Source: a virus. From it: a stretch of DNA of 64,000 nucleotides. The first letter of the stretch is position 1. Each line of letters begins with the position of its first letter. The stretch spans positions 26,101 to 90,100 of the IMG/VR virus record IMGVR_UViG_3300042988_000510. One strand, written 5' to 3'. Shown here piece after piece: positions 57,431 through 64,000 of the stretch. A program made the translations under genes and the position numbers. A model generated the notes under the pieces. That model saw only the letters and a program-made list of their open reading frames with translations, made no database searches and was not told where the DNA came from.

Positions 57431-57620
57431 TTATCTTCTCCAGCAATTCAACCGCTTCAGTTCCGCCCATTGTCTGCACCAATTCTGATATGCGCTCTCG
57501 CTCTATATCCACGCAAATCCACGCAAATAACAGGGCGCTGGTAGTGAGTACCGTCCTTTTGTCTCCACTTGGCCATTCAAAAAACTTCTCGGCCTCGGCT
57601 TTGATTTGCTCACGGTTCAT
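57420..57620 (-). CDS. Hypothetical protein
   Basis: Coupled leftward ORF; RBS GGAG. Confidence 0.65.
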   Translation of the reverse strand: MNREQIKAEAEKFFEWPSGDKRTVLTTSALLFAWICVDIERERISELVQTMGGTEAVELLEKINES

Positions 57621-58125
57621 TGATTTGCTCCCCGTATTTGGCGATAGCGGCGCGGGCTATTTCCCCATGCCATATCAGCATGTCATACGTGCTTTTGTGG
57701 CGGCCCATCGACACATCTGCAATTGACTCAAGCGCATCAAGCAACACCTTCGTCCGATCATCTACACCGAATACATATGTCTTGATGCCGCTTTCGTAGC
57801 CTTTGGCGTAGGTGATCACAAGGTCCGCGTCCCGTTCCTGCCGTTTTTCGAGTTCGTTGGTCAATATCTCGTTTGCTTTACGCTCAGATTCAAGTGTGGC
57901 TATCGCTGACATATAGTCTGACTCGAGCTGCCGGTGACGCCGTATCTGCGACTCAAGCGATTTGACCAAAACCTTATAGGAGCTGCATCTTTTGCACGGT
58001 TCATCCTGCTCCTCCTGTTTTTCAAGCTCGGCGCGGATGTCTATGTAAGTCTGCTCCGCTGCATAACCCCTGATTCCGCTTATTTCCAACGCCGCAATCG
58101 CCCTCTGCAACAATTCTCTACTCAT
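57610..58125 (-). CDS. Hypothetical coiled-coil protein
   Basis: SRELLQRA..IRAEL N-terminus; RBS GAGG. Confidence 0.7.
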   Translation of the reverse strand: MSRELLQRAIAALEISGIRGYAAEQTYIDIRAELEKQEEQDEPCKRCSSYKVLVKSLESQIRRHRQLESDYMSAIATLESERKANEILTNELEKRQERDADLVITYAKGYESGIKTYVFGVDDRTKVLLDALESIADVSMGRHKSTYDMLIWHGEIARAAIAKYGEQINEP

Positions 58126-58436
58126 ATCCCCTCCTCGTATTTAGCGATGGCGAACTTAACGCAGCTAGTGATTACACTCATATCCCTGGTGTGTCGCCTC
58201 TCGGATACTGCCAGCACCGCTCTTAACGTCGATAGCAACACTCTCGACCGCTCACGCTCTACAACCAGAGCATCTACTGTAGCCGCATATCTATCATCAA
58301 ACCCAGCCGCAAGGGCTTTCCCTCTTTCGCGTACACGCTCTTCTGCTTGCGCGGCGTCCCATGCTTCTTGCACCATTTTCTTTTTTGAGAAAAAGGCACC
58401 GTCTCGATTTTCGGACCACCATTTTTCAAATGTCAT
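58122..58436 (-). CDS. Hypothetical protein (MTFExWW family)
   Basis: Paralog of 58433-58675. Confidence 0.7.
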   Translation of the reverse strand: MTFEKWWSENRDGAFFSKKKMVQEAWDAAQAEERVRERGKALAAGFDDRYAATVDALVVERERSRVLLSTLRAVLAVSERRHTRDMSVITSCVKFAIAKYEEGI

Positions 58437-58675
58437 CTTGATTCCTCATATTTGGTGATGGCGGCACGGGCTCGATTTTTTGCCCACCACTCAAAATGAT
58501 CTTTTAGTCCTTCGCCCCATTCCCGTGGTCTAGCATTCATGATGTTTTTCAACTCATCAACCAACTCCTTCGCCCGCTCCCGATCTACCTCTTGCGCGGC
58601 TTTCCATGCAGCATGTGCCGTGTCTTTATGGTAATGCCACGCGTTTTGATTCTCCCACCATTCTTCAAAAGTCAT
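58433..58675 (-). CDS. Hypothetical protein (MTFExWW family)
   Basis: Paralog of 58122-58436. Confidence 0.7.
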   Translation of the reverse strand: MTFEEWWENQNAWHYHKDTAHAAWKAAQEVDRERAKELVDELKNIMNARPREWGEGLKDHFEWWAKNRARAAITKYEESR

Positions 58676-58830
58676 TTCAGCCTCTTTAGGTTTTTCAGTT
58701 TACATTCACCAACCGATCGTTTTGCCGGCCTGACTGTTCTGGTGCACATATCGTTGTACCGCATATATGGGCTACCTTTTGGATGGCCCGCATTCCAGTG
58801 GTTCAGACAGCCCTTGCAATGCGGTGTCAT
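58672..58830 (-). CDS. 52-aa Cys-rich protein (not in ORF track)
   Basis: Manual translation MTPHCKGCLNHWNAGHPKGSPYMRYNDMC...; ATGA overlap. Confidence 0.55.
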   Translation of the reverse strand: MTPHCKGCLNHWNAGHPKGSPYMRYNDMCTRTVRPAKRSVGECKLKNLKRLK

Positions 58831-58881
58831 CTCAAACTCCACAATGCCGCTACTAGCAGAACGGATATTAGGATAATGTTC

Positions 58882-59070
58882 TCAATCATTGGCGTCACTC
58901 GGTATCCTGTAATCATAGCTGTCATCTACGCATAGATGGCTATAATATTGAGTGTTCGGCCCTCCATTGTTCCTGTTAAGGAATCTCTCACACATTGATC
59001 GCACTGGGCAAATTGCGCGGGTATCCCAGTGTTCACCAACGCACCGCGCCACGTCATTTAATAGTTTCAC
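58882..59070 (-). CDS. Small Cys-rich protein
   Basis: DVARC..CPVRSMCERF. Confidence 0.65.
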   Translation of the reverse strand: MKLLNDVARCVGEHWDTRAICPVRSMCERFLNRNNGGPNTQYYSHLCVDDSYDYRIPSDAND

Positions 59071-59509
59071 ACATCACCCCATCAACCAATTGCAAAACCT
59101 TATCAGGACTAAATGAGCGGTCCCTGTAAAACCAGTTTGATTCAACCACACCGGCCTCTGCGCCGAAGTACGTTGATGATCCTGACCGGCGATCCGGTGC
59201 AAGCTGGATTAGGTAGCCTTCATGTGATTCGTCATTAAAAGCAAAGTAGGTTTGCCTGCTGAGCTTGTATATCTGCCCTGTCCAGCCTACCGCGTCATAA
59301 CTCAGGCAATTATCACTCGGCTTGCGGGCTATCGTGCGTCCTGTATAGCGCCCCTGCTTGTCAATTTGAAACCATGAAAAGCCCTGCATGGTTTGCCCTG
59401 AGTACGAATTGATTACAGGGCCGACGAAGGTGCTTCCGAGTACGTTATCACCCGATGGAGGCGGCGAGAGGGCGTGCAAGGCGGCGGCTAATGTGAGTGA
59501 CTTAATCAT
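59054..59509 (-). CDS. Putative exported protein
   Basis: Signal-like N-terminus; RBS GGAG. Confidence 0.65.
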   Translation of the reverse strand: MIKSLTLAAALHALSPPPSGDNVLGSTFVGPVINSYSGQTMQGFSWFQIDKQGRYTGRTIARKPSDNCLSYDAVGWTGQIYKLSRQTYFAFNDESHEGYLIQLAPDRRSGSSTYFGAEAGVVESNWFYRDRSFSPDKVLQLVDGVMCETIK

Positions 59510-59545
59510 GTATATGCTCCGCGATTGTCTTTATGTAAACCTTGA

Positions 59546-60253
59546 CTACCATGGGTAAATGCTATGTCGTGAATTGTGCATTTCAATGCGCTCGACAAGA
59601 ACCTGTGTTCTCGCCTCCTTTGTTGCAGGCAGATATGTCCCTTTCCATTTCTTGTCTATCCCGATATTGCGGGCGACATTCGTAGAGTCGGCACTCGAGA
59701 AGGGCCACTCCGTATAAATCCTCGGATTCAACATTCGCAATCCGTGTAGCTTGCAGTTTGGCCTCCCATCTTCGTCGCAAATATGCGGCAGGACATCCAT
59801 AAGACGCGCATTCAATTTGGCTACATTGGATGCGTCATATTCACCGCTACTGCCAAGCGCGACTAGGGGCCATTCGCGTGAAAGCCTAACCAACCTATCA
59901 ATGGATTCATTTGTATGCCAAACGGCAGCGCCTTCATGCCGGTGGAATGGCCACTCACGCAAAAGCGCATCGTTATCTTCTTCTGAGCCTTCTATCACGT
60001 CTGGAATGACGGCAAAATCGAACCCTGGGTGACGCACCCACTTACCAACGTAAGCGTAATAATCCAGCCATTTAACGGGCTTTCCAGCTTTCCATAGCGA
60101 GAATGCACCGTTATCCAGCGCAAAGGATTGCGTACAGCCGGCCGCAACTTCCGTCTGGTCAGGGTGAGCAAAGCTGATGAAAGCATGCCGTCCAGTCCAT
60201 GCGCGAACCGCGCATGTCTCTGGAGTGATCGGCCCGCCATGGTAGTGAATCAC
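59546..60253 (-). CDS. TGT/DpdA-like fold protein (MIHYHG family)
   Basis: ALDNGAFS, VIPDVI, VWH, LHGLRM and SADST motifs parallel those of tRNA-guanine transglycosylase-like proteins; coupled to queD. Confidence 0.65.
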   Translation of the reverse strand: MIHYHGGPITPETCAVRAWTGRHAFISFAHPDQTEVAAGCTQSFALDNGAFSLWKAGKPVKWLDYYAYVGKWVRHPGFDFAVIPDVIEGSEEDNDALLREWPFHRHEGAAVWHTNESIDRLVRLSREWPLVALGSSGEYDASNVAKLNARLMDVLPHICDEDGRPNCKLHGLRMLNPRIYTEWPFSSADSTNVARNIGIDKKWKGTYLPATKEARTQVLVERIEMHNSRHSIYPW

Positions 60254-60654
60254 TCCTTGTGTACTCCGTGATAAAGCCCTTCACCATTCACCGCCATAGC
60301 CCAACAACGATCTGTTTCCCAAACTTTCACCGAGTGCAGGTATTGCAATTCTGGCGCTTTCAAAATCCACTCTGCGATATTCTCGGCTGTCGGATTATCA
60401 ATAATGTCGTTTAGGTATTGATGGTCAAGCTGTTTGATGATTGGATTCATCAACTTGTCTACCTTGGCGAAGTCCAATCCAGCACAAAAGCCATTCGGCT
60501 CAAATGTGTCTCCGCGAACTTCGACCTCGACTCGATAGTTATGCCCATGAAGTCTGTAACACTGGTGGTCTTCTGGCATGCGCAAAAGCCTGTGAGCAGC
60601 GGAAAATGTGTAAATCCTGCCGATGCGTGAATACTGCCAAGTACGCTTCATCAC
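60250..60654 (-). CDS. queD: 6-carboxytetrahydropterin synthase
   Basis: FSAAHRL, CYRLHGHNY, LDHQYLN, NPTAENIA and VWET motifs. Confidence 0.95.
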   Translation of the reverse strand: MMKRTWQYSRIGRIYTFSAAHRLLRMPEDHQCYRLHGHNYRVEVEVRGDTFEPNGFCAGLDFAKVDKLMNPIIKQLDHQYLNDIIDNPTAENIAEWILKAPELQYLHSVKVWETDRCWAMAVNGEGLYHGVHKE

Positions 60655-60728
60655 AATGACCTCTAGTTATAAATTATCGCTACAGAATCGCCTTGCGGCG
60701 GCGGCTAGTGTGAGTGCGGCTATCATGG

Positions 60729-61082
60729 TTAATCTCCATCCCAAATTCCATCAGGGCGCATTTTTGCCAGCGCAAGCAGATGGAATAGCGCGCGTTTTGC
60801 ATTGCCTTCTGTTGGTTTCCAATAGTCATCATCAACGTCGTCACCAAGAACGACTACGGCCATAGTAAGGTGCGGGATACTTTCGGCGCCAGTCATGCCG
60901 TAAATACTGCGGATACCAGCGCCGCCAAGACAATCAAAATGCTTTCCGTAGTTATAGGTTACGTTTAAACTCGCTTCCCGCGTGCCCCCGATGGCATAGG
61001 TTCCGCCCTTCATGTGGTGCGGTTCGTCAAGCTCCAGGGTCTTGCGGGTTACTGGGTCCACTAGTCGTATGTCATAGCTCAT
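60729..61082 (-). CDS. Conserved phage hypothetical protein
   Basis: MSYDI..NVTYNY..PDGIW. Confidence 0.8.
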   Translation of the reverse strand: MSYDIRLVDPVTRKTLELDEPHHMKGGTYAIGGTREASLNVTYNYGKHFDCLGGAGIRSIYGMTGAESIPHLTMAVVVLGDDVDDDYWKPTEGNAKRALFHLLALAKMRPDGIWDGD

Positions 61083-61339
61083 TGAGCCACCTTCAGTCGC
61101 TCAGCCAGCGCCATCAGTGCTTCCCGGGTTTCACCGGAGTAGGTCATGGCCATGCCTTCGGTGGTTTGCACGATTGCGGCACGTTCATTTGCTGCCGCGT
61201 GGCGTGCTTGATACTCAAGCTGTTCGTGGGCATTTGAGGCAGATATCCAGGCGAACTCCATATCCGCCTGGTTCATTTTCATGCGGGTTTCGACGGGTAG
61301 TTGTTCCCACCATTGTCTGAATTTCGACAGTACGCTCAT
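61079..61339 (-). CDS. Hypothetical protein
   Basis: RBS GAGGG; coupled to the next gene. Confidence 0.7.
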   Translation of the reverse strand: MSVLSKFRQWWEQLPVETRMKMNQADMEFAWISASNAHEQLEYQARHAAANERAAIVQTTEGMAMTYSGETREALMALAERLKVAQ

Positions 61340-61503
61340 GTTTGGCCCTCGGTTGAGTTAGTTGGCCCGTATCGTGGGCGATCCGGCATCCTCACTCACT
61401 GGAGCAAGACACGAGATATGTGAGCGGATGCTGCCGGGGTTTGCCATGGCCTTGCGGCGTGGACGCATCCGCACTCCCGGCTGACCGGATGCGTCCCAGT
61501 GTT

Positions 61504-63042
61504 TCATGCGGCTTTTTTGCCTTTCTTGCTTTCTGGCTTTTTCTCAATCAGCAGGTCGGACTGGATGAACCGCAGTTCCCGTTTGGCCCGGGTGATGCCG
61601 ACGTAGCGCAGGTTGGTTTCCTGCTCGAGTTGCCATGCTTGTTTTGCACACTTCAGCGGGATCAGATCGGCGTCGAGGAACCAGACCCGGTCGGACTCAA
61701 GTCCCTTGGATTTGTGGATTGAGCAGAGCGTGATGGCCTGCCGGTTCTTGTCGTCATCCGAGAACATGGCTTCGATGCTGCGGATCAGGTCCGGGACTGT
61801 CTTGACGGTGGTGCGCTCGACGATGGCATGGATGCAGTTCACTTTGTCGTTGACCGCCTCGACCATGTCGTCACGCTCATCCTTGGCCCACCGCTTGACC
61901 TCGGTCTGCTGCCACTCGCCCAGCTTTTCGAGCAAGCCGTGAGCGCCCTTGATGCCTTTCGGCTGGAGCTTCTCGATCAGCTTGACCAGACCGCCACCGA
62001 TGTCTCGGCCGAGGATGCGGGCCGGGATGCCTTGCGAGATCAGCTTCCAAGCCAGGGAGATAACCGGGGCGTTCCGGCGGCAGATCACCATGTCGCCGCC
62101 CTGGAGTTCGGTCAATTCCCAGGCCGCTACCTGCTGGACCTCGCCGTCTGGCGCTGTCTCGGATGCCTCGATGCTCGGCATGACCTGCTGGGCTGCTGCT
62201 ACCACGGCTTTGGCGCATCGGTAGCTGATGGAAAGGGGCAGTTCGTCCGCATCGAACTTGTGGCGCAAGGTGTTCATCGCCTCGGCGTCCGATCCGCTGA
62301 AGCCGTAGACCGCCTGGCTTTTATCGCCGACCGCGATCAGTCGGCCGCCTTCTTTCAGGACCAAGCTGACCAGCTTGGTCCGCACCGGGCTGACGTCCTG
62401 GGCTTCGTTGACGAAGACCCAGTCGTAGCGGTCGTTCGAGAACTCGCGGATCGCCGGTATGTAGATCTGGTCGTCGAAGTCGATGACCCGCTTGTCGGCG
62501 GCCAGGTTGATGCTGGCCTGCACGCAGACCCGGGTGTAGTCGATCACCGTCTGCCTGACGTACTTGTCGACCGGAACCCCGAAGTGCTCGATCAGGTACT
62601 GCCAGGACTCGGCGTTATCCTCCATCAGCGGCACACCCTTGCAGCCCTGCGGCACCAGTCCCATGCGGCGCACGTAGCCACACAGGGCCATGACCGGCTC
62701 GGCAAATTCCCGGTAGTCGAACTTGTCGACGATCTGTTCGCGGACCAGCTTGCGGAGCTTGCCGCTATCGAGGATCGGGCGATTGATGCGGCTGGCCAGG
62801 ATGCTGTGGCCAAGACCGTTGAATGTCTTGACGTCGACGTGCTTGGGGGCACGCTGCTGGAGTTCGTCGGCGATTGATCGGTTGAATGCCAGCATCAGGA
62901 CCGACCGGCCTTCCGGGATCAGTTCCAGGGCCTTAATGATCGTCGTGGTTTTTCCACTCCCGGCGCAGGCTTGTATAACAGCACTGCCTGTACCGTCGGT
63001 GATGAAATCGAATACCGCTTGCTGGTACTTGCTTGGTTTCAT
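61504..63042 (-). CDS. UvrD/Rep-like SF1 helicase with variant Walker B
   Basis: ACAGSGKTTT, NEAQD, VGDKSQAVYGF, SYRC, SIHKSKGLE and YVGITRAK motifs; start MKPSKYQ at 63042. Confidence 0.9.
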   Translation of the reverse strand: MKPSKYQQAVFDFITDGTGSAVIQACAGSGKTTTIIKALELIPEGRSVLMLAFNRSIADELQQRAPKHVDVKTFNGLGHSILASRINRPILDSGKLRKLVREQIVDKFDYREFAEPVMALCGYVRRMGLVPQGCKGVPLMEDNAESWQYLIEHFGVPVDKYVRQTVIDYTRVCVQASINLAADKRVIDFDDQIYIPAIREFSNDRYDWVFVNEAQDVSPVRTKLVSLVLKEGGRLIAVGDKSQAVYGFSGSDAEAMNTLRHKFDADELPLSISYRCAKAVVAAAQQVMPSIEASETAPDGEVQQVAAWELTELQGGDMVICRRNAPVISLAWKLISQGIPARILGRDIGGGLVKLIEKLQPKGIKGAHGLLEKLGEWQQTEVKRWAKDERDDMVEAVNDKVNCIHAIVERTTVKTVPDLIRSIEAMFSDDDKNRQAITLCSIHKSKGLESDRVWFLDADLIPLKCAKQAWQLEQETNLRYVGITRAKRELRFIQSDLLIEKKPESKKGKKAA

Positions 63043-63090
63043 GGCTTGTCTCGGTGGTTGCCCCGGGCGGAATGCTTGGGGCTTGGGGGA

Positions 63091-63132
63091 ATGATGCGCT
63101 TGATGGGGCGTCAAGTCAATAGCATTGCTATT
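63091..63132 (-). promoter_or_regulatory. Putative promoter TTGACT-17-CATCAT with a perfect operator at 63118-63132
   Basis: AATAGCATTGCTATT overlaps the -35 of the leftward helicase operon. Confidence 0.65.
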
Positions 63133-63664
63133 CAGTTTGGTGCGCTTCTATGCCTTGCTATGCCTTCCGATTCATCCCGAATCATTGCCTTGGTGAAAAC
63201 CCACCGGTACGCGGATCGATACAATCCGCGCCCGCTGTGCTTTCCACTGTTTTTCAATCTAACCCAGCGCATTGCGCGTCACATCGATCTCTTGCTGCGC
63301 GATTGGTGGAAAACCCACCGGTATCCGGCACTGTCACCAATGCCGGACCCGCTTTGCTTTCCAGTGCCTGGCCTTGCTCATCCGTGCCTATCGTCGCGCT
63401 CCACTGCATATCAGTGCCCTGGTGAAAACCCACCGGGAGAGCGGCTGTCTCCAACCGCTAACCCGCTTTGCTTTCCAACTCAGTGCATATCCCTACACTG
63501 CAGCACTACGCCCATCGCGGCCGATCTATTCGCTCCGTTTGGCAGGAAAACCCACCGAAAGCGACTCTCGAAAGAGCCGCTGACGCTTTGCTTTCCCTTT
63601 CGGTTCTGAGCACATCGGCTTGGCGCTATGCGCTGCACATACGAGCAGTGCCTGTATTCGCTTA
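63132..63664 (-). ncRNA. Array of five pentamer-periodic tracts separated by four conserved hairpins (candidate guide-RNA array)
   Basis: Hairpin units at 63195-63245, 63309-63362, 63424-63476 and 63546-63596; in-phase C on the plus strand in 56 of 63 pentamers. Confidence 0.8.
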
Positions 63665-64000
63665 CACGCCTGTCCGCACACCGGCCGGCATGCGCTGAGA
63701 GACGGCTGGCGGCTGATTGGCGGGGTTCACCCGGATGGGTGACTTGTCCTTAATGCTCTCCCGCTTGACGATGATTCTGGCCTGGACCTGATCGGCATCC
63801 CGCATGGTTTTGGTATCTGCCGGGGTGTTCTTGCTCAGGATCAAGGCCCGTTTCAACTTCTTGTCGGCGGATGACATATAGCTCTCGACCTGGGCCGCAT
63901 TTTCACTCGGCAGGAGGATGCGGTAGTTGCCCTTGGTCTGCGCCAGATACTTGCCCTCGCGGAGCAAGATTTTCCTGACGTAATCCACAGCCGACAATTC
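63662..64000 (-). CDS. Hypothetical basic protein, 5'-truncated by the window edge
   Basis: Frame is open to the window end; its stop codon abuts the first pentamer tract. Confidence 0.75.
   Translation of the reverse strand, partial: ELSAVDYVRKILLREGKYLAQTKGNYRILLPSENAAQVESYMSSADKKLKRALILSKNTPADTKTMRDADQVQARIIVKRESIKDKSPIRVNPANQPPAVSQRMPAGVRTGV

Noticed and set aside
63195-63596. CRISPR array interpretation
   Set aside because: The repeats are bipartite with variable interiors, the spacers are about 60-70 nt with internal 5-nt periodicity, and no cas genes are visible
62971-63609. 212-aa plus-strand ORF with repeated KTHR..LCFP, and other ORFs over the array
   Set aside because: It is antisense to the local operon, the left repeat half changes frame in unit 3, and 5-nt phasing and stem covariation are not explained by coding. 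The right halves do stay in frame, so coding is not fully excluded
63132-63664. Self-targets of the decoded dinucleotide strings inside this window
   Set aside because: A spot check against the AT-rich attP region gave only a 3-dinucleotide partial match; a systematic search could not be run

Overview
The whole window is a temperate, contractile-tailed (myovirus-like) phage genome segment of roughly 60% GC. Plus strand, left to right: DNA sliding clamp (dnaN), dCMP deaminase, terminase, H-NS-like protein, tRNA-Thr, portal, head morphogenesis protein, prohead protease, scaffold, major capsid, lysis genes (GH19 endolysin), large receptor-binding proteins, neck, sheath, tube, tape measure, baseplate, tail fibre, and a P4-type integrase behind what looks like an intact attP. 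Then comes a leftward block with an AlpA-type excisionase, small accessory ORFs, a queD plus TGT-fold cassette and a UvrD-like helicase. The most unusual element is a non-coding array at about 63132-63664: five tracts of 12-14 pentamers with a near-invariant G every 5 nt on the minus strand, separated by four conserved ~52-nt hairpins with covarying inner stems. It is a candidate guide-RNA array whose protein partner probably lies beyond the right edge of the window. Two phage-wide regulatory motifs were read directly from the DNA: an 11-copy late-promoter motif TCGTGAC-N3-AnnnT and a palindromic operator AATAGCA-N-TGCTATT. Product names come from motifs and synteny recognised by eye; no database searches were run.
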